Numbered from the stretch's first letter, positions 21,257-29,962 are shown. The stretch is 49,599 bases of DNA from Syntrophomonadaceae bacterium (GCA_028698695.1 JAQVWB010000001.1:1-49599); one strand, 5' to 3'. Numbers and translations are program-made. Notes: generated from the letters alone by a model not told the origin.

Positions 21257-22332
21257 AACTTGACGGAAAGTTAGCTGAAGCAATTGGCGTAATTGCTGAA
21301 AAAGGAAAAAAGAAAAAGAATTTAACATACGAGGAAGTTATTGAGGATTTACAGTCTCTTGATTTGGAACCGGAACAAATAGAAGATGTCTTTGACCATC
21401 TGCAGACTCTGGGTATTAATGTCAGTGCTTATAATGAAGAAGCCGAAGATGATGCTGAACCGGAGAATATAGAAACGGAAGAGGCTACGGTTCCTGAGGG
21501 TATTGAAATAGATGATCCGGTACGTATGTACCTAAAAGAGATTGGACGAGTACCGCTATTGACAGCCAGTGAAGAAATTAGTCTGGCGGAAAAAATTGAA
21601 GCTGGAGATGAAGAGGCTCGTCGCCAATTAGTTGAAGCTAATCTGCGTCTGGTTGTCAGCATTGCCAAACGTTATGTGGGGCGTGGAATGCTTTTTTTAG
21701 ATCTTATCCAGGAAGGCAATCTGGGTCTCATGAAAGCCGTGGAAAAATTTGATTACCGTAAAGGATTTAAGTTCAGTACTTATGCTACCTGGTGGATTCG
21801 CCAGGCTATTACACGTGCTATTGCTGATCAGGCCCGTACTATTCGTATACCTGTACATATGGTAGAGACTATTAATAAACTATCCCGTGTTCAGCGAAAT
21901 CTTTTGCAGACCCTGGGAAGAGAGCCTACTCCCCTTGAAGTTGCAGAAGAAATGGAGATTCCCGTTGAACGGGTAATTGAAATAATGAAAGTTGCCCAGG
22001 AACCAGTTTCTCTGGAGACTCCTATAGGCGAAGAAGACGACAGCCATTTAGGAGACTTTATTACGGATGAAGAGGCGGAATCACCGGAAGAATCGGCATC
22101 TTTTGTGCTATTGCGTGAGCATTTGGACGGGATTTTAAATACTCTTACCGAACGGGAAGAAAAAGTTCTGCGGCTTCGTTTTGGTCTGGATGATGGGCGT
22201 CCACGTACTCTTGAGGAAGTTGGTCAGGAATTTGGAGTTACACGGGAGAGAATACGTCAGATCGAAGCTAAGGCATTAAGAAAGCTGAGACATCCTTCCC
22301 GCAGTAAAAAACTTAAAGACTATATTGAATAG
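21253..22332 (+). CDS. sigA: RNA polymerase primary sigma factor
   Basis: Region 2 [27 protein letters not shown] and region 4.2 [23 protein letters not shown] overlap with dnaG. Confidence 0.97.
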   Translation: MKLDGKLAEAIGVIAEKGKKKKNLTYEEVIEDLQSLDLEPEQIEDVFDHLQTLGINVSAYNEEAEDDAEPENIETEEATVPEGIEIDDPVRMYLKEIGRVPLLTASEEISLAEKIEAGDEEARRQLVEANLRLVVSIAKRYVGRGMLFLDLIQEGNLGLMKAVEKFDYRKGFKFSTYATWWIRQAITRAIADQARTIRIPVHMVETINKLSRVQRNLLQTLGREPTPLEVAEEMEIPVERVIEIMKVAQEPVSLETPIGEEDDSHLGDFITDEEAESPEESASFVLLREHLDGILNTLTEREEKVLRLRFGLDDGRPRTLEEVGQEFGVTRERIRQIEAKALRKLRHPSRSKKLKDYIE

Positions 22333-22362
22333 AGTAATTAACACTCCCTATACAATCTAATC

Positions 22363-22392
22363 TTGACAAAGCAGATTCACGCATTATATAAT
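22363..22392 (+). promoter_or_regulatory. sigma-A-type promoter for tRNA-Asn
   Basis: TTGACA (22363-22368), 18-nt spacer, TATAAT (22387-22392). Confidence 0.6.
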
Positions 22393-22409
22393 ACTATTCG
22401 TTGGGGCAT

Positions 22410-22484
22410 TCCTCGATAGCTCAACGGTAGAGCATCCGGCTGTTAACCGGAGGGTTGTAGGTTCGAATCCTACTCGAGGAGCCA
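22410..22484 (+). tRNA. tRNA-Asn (GTT), CCA encoded
   Basis: Hand-folded cloverleaf: acceptor TCCTCGA/TCGAGGA, anticodon loop CTGTTAA, T-loop TTCGAAT. 75 nt. Confidence 0.92.
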
Positions 22485-22496
22485 TATGAATTGCAG

Positions 22497-22530
22497 AGCG
22501 GTAACCCCTGTGCAGAGGTGCCGCTTTTTC
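22497..22530 (+). terminator. intrinsic terminator after tRNA-Asn
   Basis: AGCGGTA.CC.CT / AG.GGTGCCGCT stem followed by TTTTT (22526-22530). Confidence 0.6.
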
Positions 22531-22564
22531 CTTGAAAGTCCGTCACAAACCGATTTATTTGCTA

Positions 22565-22593
22565 TTGACCTTTACTCAGATTTTTTATATACT
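22565..22593 (+). promoter_or_regulatory. sigma-A-type promoter for the three-tRNA unit
   Basis: TTGACC (22565-22570), 17-nt spacer, TATACT (22588-22593). Confidence 0.55.
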
Positions 22594-22620
22594 TACTCTT
22601 GCGAGGTTTTGGCGGAACTC

Positions 22621-22696
22621 GGGCCTATAGCTCAGTTGGTAGAGCTACCGGCTCATAACCGGTTGGTCCCAGGTTCGAGTCCTGGTAGGCCCACCA
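22621..22696 (+). tRNA. tRNA with CAT anticodon (elongator type; probably tRNA-Ile2 read via lysidine, otherwise tRNA-Met), CCA encoded
   Basis: Acceptor GGGCCTA/TAGGCCC, anticodon arm ACCGG-CTCATAA-CCGGT, T-loop TTCGAGT. 76 nt. No initiator features (the 1-72 pair is intact and the anticodon stem lacks GGG/CCC). Confidence 0.9.
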
Positions 22697-22701
22697 TTTC
22701 A

Positions 22702-22729
22702 GAAGTCAGAGGCCGGAAGTCAGAGGTCG
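22702..22729 (+). repeat. 14-nt tandem direct repeat x2 (GAAGTCAGAGGYCG), member of a local repeat family
   Basis: GAAGTCAGAGGCCG GAAGTCAGAGGTCG, one mismatch. Reverse-complement pieces (CTCTGAC, CCGACTTCC, CCGACCTCC) recur at 22824-22842 and 23071-23079. GAAGTCGG recurs at 23096-23103. Confidence 0.8.
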
Positions 22730-22846
22730 GATAAACAAATTCGATACTCGACAAGGCATGCTGATATAGGAGTTAGAGTTCAGAGTTTATAGAGAGCAAA
22801 AGGTTTAGTATCTGACCTCCTATCTCTGACAACCGACTTCCGTTAA

Positions 22847-22921
22847 GGCCCCTTGGTCAAGCGGTTAAGACACCGCCCTTTCACGGCGGTAACAGGGGTT
22901 CGAGTCCCCTAGGGGTCACCA
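22847..22921 (+). tRNA. tRNA-Glu (TTC), CCA encoded
   Basis: Acceptor GGCCCCT/AGGGGTC, anticodon loop CTTTCAC, T-loop TTCGAGT. 75 nt. Confidence 0.92.
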
Positions 22922-22924
22922 TTC

Positions 22925-23000
22925 GGGCGATTAGCTCAGCTGGGAGAGCGCCTGCCTTACAAGCAGGATTTCGGCGGTTCGAGCCAGTCATCGCCCACCA
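22925..23000 (+). tRNA. tRNA-Val (TAC), CCA encoded
   Basis: Acceptor GGGCGAT/ATCGCCC, anticodon loop CTTACAA, T-arm GGCGG-TTCGAGC-CAGTC (one G-A mismatch). 76 nt, 3 nt after tRNA-Glu. Confidence 0.9.
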
Positions 23001-23014
23001 TAATTAAACTAAGA

Positions 23015-23046
23015 AGCCTGCAAAATGTAAATTGCAGGCTTTTTTC
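23015..23046 (+). terminator. intrinsic terminator of the tRNA unit
   Basis: AGCCTGCAA/TTGCAGGCT stem followed by TTTTT. Confidence 0.8.
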
Positions 23047-23139
23047 GTTGGCATTTTTCACTTCTGCCAACCGACCTCCGCTAAGGCTGAAGTATGAAGT
23101 CGGAAGCATCCCTGACGAAGAGGGCCACATATATTATTA

Positions 23140-24012
23140 CTACTCATAACTTCGGGCCCATATCTCAATAATTTCTTTTCCCTGTCCTCTAACCAAAACC
23201 CGGGCAAACTCGGCAGCGGCTGAAGTTGACAAGGCTACAGCTTCTCCCGGATAACCCTGGGGTTTAAGTTCCACCCAATAACCATCATTAAAGTAAACGG
23301 CATCACAATCATTACTGTAACTGACCTGTACCATGGCTTTTACACAATGAGAATCACTGGCATTTCTCACGAGAAAAGTAACTTTATTCCTTGGAGCGAG
23401 AGCTATGGGAGTAGAAGCTTCTAAAGGGGCATAGGGCGTACACTTGGGAATAACCAGAGTTTCCATATCGAAACTGTTTAAAATTCCATTGACATAATCT
23501 ATGTGCAGCAGTGGACAATCGTTGCTATCATAAAAATTTGTGCTGCGAAATGCAAGCAGATTATTACTCTGTTCATTACCCTTTAATAGCAAGCCGTTAT
23601 TAGGAATTGAGCCATTATACCAACCCCTGACCAGGGAAGTAACATCAATAAATACCTTACCCGTGGTCAATCCGCTGGGGATGTTTAACATGCCATCCGG
23701 AGCCTCTGCTGATTTTGGCTGGTTATCCCAGTTTACCGAATATTGAGTCCAGCAGTTTAAAAGTCGGTAAGCAGCAACGGTAACAGGTAGAGCAGATACT
23801 TCATTGCGATATACAGTTAATTCCAGGACCGCCTTTTCTATGGTACTGGCAGAAGGGATTTGGTTAAGATTAAATTGCAAAAGTGAACGATAATCATCTC
23901 CTGGTTGAACATACTGGCTGACAAACAGAGCAATACTGGAACCAAAATTATTATTTGCATACCATTCGGAAATATAAGTATCCTGAAAAGGCAAAAGTGA
24001 CACTACAGCCAT
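23140..24012 (-). CDS. DNRLRE-like (carbohydrate-binding-type) domain protein with an uncharacterised C-terminal domain
   Basis: N-terminal half shows the pattern I associate with DNRLRE domains (DTYISEWYANNNFGSS, RSLLQFNL..IP....I.KAVLEL, VNWDNQP, GLLLKG). The C-terminal ~120 aa are unrecognised. ATG 24012 is preceded by GGAAGG (the longest ORF starts at 24033). Confidence 0.6.
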   Translation of the reverse strand: MAVVSLLPFQDTYISEWYANNNFGSSIALFVSQYVQPGDDYRSLLQFNLNQIPSASTIEKAVLELTVYRNEVSALPVTVAAYRLLNCWTQYSVNWDNQPKSAEAPDGMLNIPSGLTTGKVFIDVTSLVRGWYNGSIPNNGLLLKGNEQSNNLLAFRSTNFYDSNDCPLLHIDYVNGILNSFDMETLVIPKCTPYAPLEASTPIALAPRNKVTFLVRNASDSHCVKAMVQVSYSNDCDAVYFNDGYWVELKPQGYPGEAVALSTSAAAEFARVLVRGQGKEIIEIWARSYE

Positions 24013-24274
24013 AAACAATACCTTCCTTTCCATTGGAGAATCTAACTTAGCATACGAATTATAGAGGATAAAGGTTACATAAATCCACTATGTTACCTAA
24101 ATGACCACAAAATACATCACCAAACTATAAATGGTTAAATTACCAAACTATGTAACACTTATTTCTCCGAATTAATAAGATGTGCTAGAAAGGCAATTAG
24201 CCGAACTCATATGTCAATTAATTTTGGCAGATGGGATGGCAGCTTTTTAATAATTAAAACAGGAGGCTATAAAA

Positions 24275-24814
24275 ATGACTAATTACAAAGATGATTGTTG
24301 CATGGGAGGTTTTATGCCGCCCATGCCCCATCCCCGTCCCCGTCCAAGAATTAATCAGACTGTTTTAAAATGTGGGACCGGAAGCGGTCTGGTTATCCCT
24401 GACCATTATGAGTGGAATTCGCAGTTGTTAAATCCCTATACACTGGCTGCAGTATCTATTGATACTTCCGATTTTAAAATGGCTAATGTAAAAGTCGATT
24501 TTTCCTGTATTATTATGTTCAAAGAGTCTGATGGCAGTGATTTGCGTCTCACATTCCAACTAAGCAAAACCTATCAGTCTGGTGGAAAGATAGCTCTTGG
24601 AACCTGGACATTTGAAAGAGATATTGAAACAAATACTGAAACTACAGACTCTTTTGGGTTTACCTGGTGTGAATGCGATGCCTGTCCCGGATGTGCTTAC
24701 TACACGGTGGAATTAATTAATGTAGAAAGCAATAATGTTGATTGCAGGGGCATAAGCAACCCGTCCATTAATGCACTGGCAGTTGGCCCGCTGGCTTCTG
24801 ATTACGAATATTGA
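24275..24814 (+). CDS. hypothetical Cys/Pro-rich small protein
   Basis: 179 aa with a strong RBS AGGAGG. N-terminus DDCCMGGFMPPMPHPRPRPR, C-terminal cluster WCECDACPGC. Followed by a strong terminator. Divergent from the DNRLRE-like gene. Confidence 0.65.
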   Translation: MTNYKDDCCMGGFMPPMPHPRPRPRINQTVLKCGTGSGLVIPDHYEWNSQLLNPYTLAAVSIDTSDFKMANVKVDFSCIIMFKESDGSDLRLTFQLSKTYQSGGKIALGTWTFERDIETNTETTDSFGFTWCECDACPGCAYYTVELINVESNNVDCRGISNPSINALAVGPLASDYEY

Positions 24815-24828
24815 TAACAGTTTAACGA

Positions 24829-24863
24829 AGAGAACCCGGGGTTTACCCCGGGTTCTCTTTTTT
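24829..24863. terminator. bidirectional intrinsic terminator
   Basis: 12-13-bp GC-rich stem GAGAACCCGGGG-TTTA-CCCCGGGTTCTC flanked by an A-rich and a T-rich run. Sits between convergent genes. Confidence 0.8.
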
Positions 24864-24902
24864 GTGGAATATAAAAAAGATGAATATAGTAACTACAAAG
24901 AG

Positions 24903-25340
24903 TTATTCAGATTGTATAAATACATTTAAGTGCCGGTTTAATTCCTCGCGTAATTTTTCGCCATTATTATAATCATCCGGTTGCAGCCAACGTTTTTTAC
25001 CGGTAGAGGTTTCAATAATAAAAGCCGGATCACCCAGCAAGGATAATAAACGATTGGTTTTTACTTTTTTAATTTCATTAAAGGCTATACAGGATTGCTG
25101 GTCAGCATCTTTAAAGATCATAGCCTGATCAGTTATTTCAACTGTATTGCCAACATGCTGTTTACTGCTGCGATATATCAGCCCAATGATGATCATGCCT
25201 GCCAGGGCAATGCTTAATGCTGCCAGTGATGAAACTGTTCGCCAGACAATGAATCCGACAATCAACAGGAGTGTTAACCATATCCATGAATCAGTAAACC
25301 TGGTTTTGTCAGTTACTTCGTATCTGCTCAGAGATTTCAC
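24903..25340 (-). CDS. hypothetical two-TM membrane protein
   Basis: 145 aa with two hydrophobic helices (WIWLTLLLIVGFIVW, LAALSIALAGMIIIGLI) and a soluble C-terminal domain. The GTG start is poorly supported. Confidence 0.5.
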   Translation of the reverse strand: MKSLSRYEVTDKTRFTDSWIWLTLLLIVGFIVWRTVSSLAALSIALAGMIIIGLIYRSSKQHVGNTVEITDQAMIFKDADQQSCIAFNEIKKVKTNRLLSLLGDPAFIIETSTGKKRWLQPDDYNNGEKLREELNRHLNVFIQSE

Positions 25341-25372
25341 TTCCTCTCATATTATTACTGATTATGATTATA

Positions 25373-25918
25373 TCACCTGTTACATAAGCTATCTGCTGAT
25401 TTTTTAATTTCATTTAAACTTAAAGCGTCAATTTTCCAGCCCTGGCAATCTGATACTAAACATATCTCATATTGCCAGCAGTCATCCTGCGCATAACAGT
25501 TATAATAATATTTACTAAAAACGGCTTCATTATGATTAAAACCTTTAACAAATATGTCCTCATTATTTCCGGTAGTTATGAGAGGCAAGCCTTCTGTGGG
25601 GATTATTATCAGTCGATTATACTGAGGCTGCCATTGGCTATAGCATATTAATATAGCTTTGGCCATGGAAGGAGTAAACCCATCGCATAAATACCGGTAA
25701 GCTTCTTCGATTGAAGCTCCATGCAGGCTGACATTATTACCACCAATTACTTCTACATCAAACAAAAAACTATGTAGTATTTTAAAACTGTGTTGCATAG
25801 CCATAAAAACCTGTTCGCTATCATCATTATTTAACGCTGCATTACAAGCCGAAAATGGCCAGGATGTAAATAGAATAAAACTTGCCGTGAAGATCATTAT
25901 AAGCAGTTTGTGTCTCAT
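25373..25918 (-). CDS. hypothetical secreted protein
   Basis: 181 aa with RBS GAGGAGG 6 nt before the ATG. Signal-peptide-like MRHKLLIMIFTASFILFTSWPFSA. No recognised domain. Confidence 0.6.
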   Translation of the reverse strand: MRHKLLIMIFTASFILFTSWPFSACNAALNNDDSEQVFMAMQHSFKILHSFLFDVEVIGGNNVSLHGASIEEAYRYLCDGFTPSMAKAILICYSQWQPQYNRLIIIPTEGLPLITTGNNEDIFVKGFNHNEAVFSKYYYNCYAQDDCWQYEICLVSDCQGWKIDALSLNEIKKSADSLCNR

Positions 25919-26071
25919 GTATAACCTCCTCTGGTACCTATTATATAATTTAGTGGAAAAATTTTACAGTAAAATTAAGCGACAAATAATTTATACTAAA
26001 GTAGAAAATAATCTGTTACTATATAATAAATTAGCGAATATTTTGAAAATTAGGAACGGGAGGGATACTTA

Positions 26072-27985
26072 TTGGATATGCTTGATCAATTCCTGGAGAA
26101 AGTTCATACTATGCCCCGGATGTTTTACAACACCGTAGAAACTTTTGGTGACCGCCCCGCAATGAAGTTCAAACAGGATGCAGCATATACTACTATTACT
26201 TACCGTGATTTTGCTGATATTGTTGAAGAAATGGGAGCTGGTTTACTCAGTTTAGGATTTAAAAAAGGAAGTCCGGTTTGTCTTATGGCAGCAACCAGTG
26301 CACCATGGGGATGGGCAGATTTTGCAATTCAAGTAGCGGGCGGTATTACTGTAACCATTTATCCCTCATTGTCTGCTGAAGAAATTATCTTTATTGTCAA
26401 CCACTCAGAAGCACAATATTTAATTGCCGGTGATGCCAGGATTGCAGATAGAGCTTTAAGTGTAATGCATAAGATGCCTTCTTTAGAAAAAGTAATCGTT
26501 TTAGAGAGAAATTATGGACCACAAGATTATCGGGTTATTGATTTGAATGAACTAAGATTATTAGGCCGTAATCTGCTGGCAGAAAACCCAAATGCGGTTA
26601 AGGAAGTCTGGCAATCGTTAACTGGCGATGATCCTTCCGGGATAATATATACTTCCGGTACTACCGGAGAGTTGAAAGGCAGTCTTCTAAAGCATCAGGA
26701 TATGATTGGTTCCTTAACCCGATCGCTTAAGCATATGACGATAGGCGGATATTCAGCTACTTATGAAGATGTAGCCTTTTCTTTATTACCGTTAGCCCAT
26801 ATTTGGGAGCGTAACAATTCCTATTTGGCAATGATAGCAGTAGGAGCCTGCATTGGTTTTGCCGAAAAACCTACTACTTTGGTTCAGGATATTCAGGAAA
26901 TCAAACCAACCTGGGTGTTGCTGGTACCTCGCCTCTGGGATCGTATTTATAATGCATTTAGAGGTGCCTTCTCCTCCAGTGAAGAAGGCAAAAAATTATT
27001 TGATTGGGCTATGAAAACAGGTGAAGAAGTACTACAGCACAGGACCGGTAAAAATGGTGCCATAGATTTAACTGCTGATCCCGAGCAGTTTTTAGAGGAG
27101 AAACTGGCAGCTGATTTTCGTAAAGCCAATGAAATGGTTTTTGCACAATTGTATAATATGCTGGGCGGTCGTTTAAAGATACCCTATTCCGGGGGAGCAT
27201 TTTTACCGCCTGATTTACACCGTAGTTATCTGATAATGAATTTTCCGCTGCTTAATGGTTGGGGATTAACTGAAACTGCTGCTGGAATTAGCCATGGTTA
27301 TCCCAATGCTACTAAAATCGGCTGGCTTTCTCCCATGGTTCCGGGTGTAGAGGCCAGATTGGACGAGGATGGTGAAATCCTGGTAAGAGGAATTGGAGTT
27401 ATCCGCGAGTATTATAAGAATCCTGAGGAAACTGCTCTGGCATTTACTGCGGATGGCTGGTTCAGAACCGGTGATATTGGTGAGTTTGATGAAGATAATT
27501 ATCTGAGAATTGTTGACCGTAAAAAGTATATTATTGTGTTGGATACTGGTAAAAATGTTGCTCCGGTCAGAATTGAATCAAAATTTACCGGCAGCCTGTT
27601 TGTTGAACAGATGGTAATTGTTGGCAACAATCGTAAATATATTGGTGCCCTGATTGTACCGGCTTTCGATTATCTGCTCTATTTGTTAAAGGAAAAAGGC
27701 TTTGAAGTGGATGAAACGGGCTTGGAATATGCCAATATTAATGGCATGGAAACCTGTGTCAAAGTTGGTCCGGAAGTAATCAATCATCTCATGGTTAAGG
27801 AACTGATTGATGCTGAAGTGAATCGGGTTAATTCACTATTGGAAGATTATGAACAGATTAAGCGTTATGTAATTCTCCCCCGCAAGTTTACTGAAGCCAG
27901 CGGTGAAATGACTCCCACCCTGAAAATAAAGAACCGTGTGGTTCTGGAAAACTTTGCTGAAGAAGTGGAATCAATCTATCAATAA
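26072..27985 (+). CDS. long-chain fatty-acid--CoA ligase (AMP-forming)
   Basis: AMP-binding motifs YTSGTTGELKG, GWGLTET, TGDIGEFDEDNYLRIVDRKK. TTG 26072 follows GGGAGGG (ATG 26078 is an alternative). Confidence 0.9.
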   Translation: MDMLDQFLEKVHTMPRMFYNTVETFGDRPAMKFKQDAAYTTITYRDFADIVEEMGAGLLSLGFKKGSPVCLMAATSAPWGWADFAIQVAGGITVTIYPSLSAEEIIFIVNHSEAQYLIAGDARIADRALSVMHKMPSLEKVIVLERNYGPQDYRVIDLNELRLLGRNLLAENPNAVKEVWQSLTGDDPSGIIYTSGTTGELKGSLLKHQDMIGSLTRSLKHMTIGGYSATYEDVAFSLLPLAHIWERNNSYLAMIAVGACIGFAEKPTTLVQDIQEIKPTWVLLVPRLWDRIYNAFRGAFSSSEEGKKLFDWAMKTGEEVLQHRTGKNGAIDLTADPEQFLEEKLAADFRKANEMVFAQLYNMLGGRLKIPYSGGAFLPPDLHRSYLIMNFPLLNGWGLTETAAGISHGYPNATKIGWLSPMVPGVEARLDEDGEILVRGIGVIREYYKNPEETALAFTADGWFRTGDIGEFDEDNYLRIVDRKKYIIVLDTGKNVAPVRIESKFTGSLFVEQMVIVGNNRKYIGALIVPAFDYLLYLLKEKGFEVDETGLEYANINGMETCVKVGPEVINHLMVKELIDAEVNRVNSLLEDYEQIKRYVILPRKFTEASGEMTPTLKIKNRVVLENFAEEVESIYQ

Positions 27986-28001
27986 AAACGGTATTACTTA
28001 A

Positions 28002-28037
28002 AGCGGCCGGTTTCTGAAAAACCGTCCGCTTTTGCTT
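28002..28037 (+). terminator. intrinsic terminator after the acyl-CoA ligase gene
   Basis: AGCGGCCGGTTT/AAACCGTCCGCT stem followed by TTTGCTTTT. Confidence 0.7.
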
Positions 28038-28191
28038 TTATAGTGCGCAAGAATGTTATTATAAGAAAGGTTCTTCAATTATTTTAACCTGACCAGCCTG
28101 AATTTTATTGCAACATTAATCGTGCTCATAACCCGCAGGATTATAACACATATTGTTAGGTTTTCTGCTGTTAATGGTCAAGCATTATAAC

Positions 28192-28220
28192 TTGACAGAA
28201 CTATATTGTATCGTTAAAAT
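28192..28220 (+). promoter_or_regulatory. sigma-A-type promoter of the ylxM-ffh operon
   Basis: TTGACA (28192-28197), 17-nt spacer, TAAAAT (28215-28220). Confidence 0.55.
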
Positions 28221-28263
28221 TGAACAGTAAAGTAGATTGTCTTTACACAGGAGATTATAATTT

Positions 28264-28605
28264 ATGCTGGAAAAAATGGAACAGATTATTTTATTAAAGG
28301 ATTTTTATGGTCCTTTATTAACTCCTAAACAGCAGGAGGTATTAAATCTACATTATGAACAGGACTGGTCTTTATCGGAAATTGCTGAGCATTGGCAGAT
28401 TTCCCGTCAGGCAGTCTTTGATTTAATAAAAAGATCGCAGAATGCATTACAGGATTATGAGGACCGTCTGCATCTGGTAAAAAAGTTTAACTTTACCCGT
28501 CAAAAAATTGAAGAAGCTCACGCATTGCTTAATAATGCAACCGGTGATGAAGTTATTATTAAACGGGTACAGGGAATTTTGAAAACGGTCAGTGAGTCGA
28601 TATAG
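28264..28605 (+). CDS. ylxM: YlxM-family putative DNA-binding protein (UPF0122)
   Basis: 113 aa with a sigma-70 region-4-like HTH (WSLSEIAEHWQISRQAVFDLIKR). Conserved position upstream of ffh. Confidence 0.88.
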   Translation: MLEKMEQIILLKDFYGPLLTPKQQEVLNLHYEQDWSLSEIAEHWQISRQAVFDLIKRSQNALQDYEDRLHLVKKFNFTRQKIEEAHALLNNATGDEVIIKRVQGILKTVSESI

Positions 28606-28621
28606 GCAAAGGAGAGATAGC

Positions 28622-29962
28622 ATGGCGTTTGAAGGTCTGTCTGATCGTCTGCAGGATATATTTAAGAAACTACGCGGCAAAGGCAAGATAACTGAAGATG
28701 ATGTTAATGCGGCTATGCGTGAAATTCGGCTGGCGCTGCTGGAGGCCGATGTTAACTTTAAAGTGGTCAAAGATTTGGTGGCCCGCATCAAGGAAAGGGC
28801 AGTGGGACAGGAAGTTTTGGCCAGTCTTACTCCAGGACAGCAGATAGTTAAGATAGTTCATGATGAAATGACTGCACTGATGGGCGGCACTGAGAGTAAG
28901 CTGGTTCTATCATCGCACACTCCCATGGTCATTATGACAGTCGGTTTACAGGGAGCAGGTAAAACTACTACTGTAGCCAAATTGGCCAAGTCACTGGTAA
29001 AACAGGGCAGAAGACCGCTGCTGGTAGCAGCAGATATATATCGTCCCGCCGCTATCAAACAGTTGCAGGTATTAGGAGAACAGATAAATATTCCGGTATT
29101 TGCAATGGGGCAGAACAATCCGGTTGATATAGCCCGTAAATCCATGGATTATGCCCGCGCTAATAATCGGGATATTGTAATCCTCGATACAGCCGGACGA
29201 CTACATGTCAATGAAGAATTAATGAATGAATTAAAGCAGATACAGGAGCAGGTTAAACCGGATGAAATACTGCTTATAGTTGATGCTATGACTGGTCAGG
29301 ATGCTGTAAATGTTGCTGAAAGTTTTAATGAACAATTGGGTCTGACCGGAGTAATTCTGACTAAATTAGATGGTGATACTCGCGGTGGTGCAGCTTTATC
29401 AGTCAAAGCAGTTACCGGATGCCCGATTAAATTTGTTGGTATGGGTGAAAAACTGGATGCTTTGGAAGTGTTTTTTCCGGATCGTATGGCTTCTCGCATA
29501 TTAGGCATGGGAGATATTCTGAGTCTGGTAGAAAAAGCTCAGGCTAATTTTGACGAAAACCAAGCCCGCGAAATGGAGCGTAAGATTCGCCAGCAGGAGT
29601 TTACGCTGGAAGATTTTATGCAACAAATGCAGCAGGTACGTAGTATGGGCCCCTTGCAAGACTTATTGGCAATGATTCCTGGTATGGATAAACAGCTCAA
29701 AGGCATGCAGGGTGAATTTGATGAAAAAGAAGTATACAAAATCGAAGCTATTATTCAATCCATGACTCCGGGAGAGCGTCGTGACCCCGGTATAATAAAC
29801 GGCAGTCGTAAAAAGAGAATTGCCCGGGGCAGCGGTACCAAAGTCCAGGAAGTAAACCGCCTCCTAAAGCAATTTGAGGAGTCCAAAAAAATGATGAAAC
29901 AGCTTACTGACATGACGGGTAAAAAGGGCAAAAAGGGAATGCCTATGCGTTTTCCTTTCTAA
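28622..29962 (+). CDS. ffh: signal recognition particle protein Ffh
   Basis: MAFEGLSDRLQ start 6 nt after AAGGAGAG. GTPase motifs GLQGAGKTT, DTAGR, TKLDGD. Met-rich M domain. Confidence 0.96.
   Translation: MAFEGLSDRLQDIFKKLRGKGKITEDDVNAAMREIRLALLEADVNFKVVKDLVARIKERAVGQEVLASLTPGQQIVKIVHDEMTALMGGTESKLVLSSHTPMVIMTVGLQGAGKTTTVAKLAKSLVKQGRRPLLVAADIYRPAAIKQLQVLGEQINIPVFAMGQNNPVDIARKSMDYARANNRDIVILDTAGRLHVNEELMNELKQIQEQVKPDEILLIVDAMTGQDAVNVAESFNEQLGLTGVILTKLDGDTRGGAALSVKAVTGCPIKFVGMGEKLDALEVFFPDRMASRILGMGDILSLVEKAQANFDENQAREMERKIRQQEFTLEDFMQQMQQVRSMGPLQDLLAMIPGMDKQLKGMQGEFDEKEVYKIEAIIQSMTPGERRDPGIINGSRKKRIARGSGTKVQEVNRLLKQFEESKKMMKQLTDMTGKKGKKGMPMRFPF

Noticed and set aside
22486-22734. 82-aa ORF spanning the tRNA spacer
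   Set aside because: It runs straight through the CAT-anticodon tRNA gene, a terminator and a promoter. Its C-terminal EVRGRKSEVG merely translates the 14-nt tandem repeat.
22333-26071. Integrated mobile element or prophage remnant at the tRNA cluster
   Set aside because: No integrase, transposase, excisionase or phage gene is recognisable. The direct repeats cover the 5' edge rather than the 3' end of a tRNA. I kept it only as a repeat observation and an orphan island.
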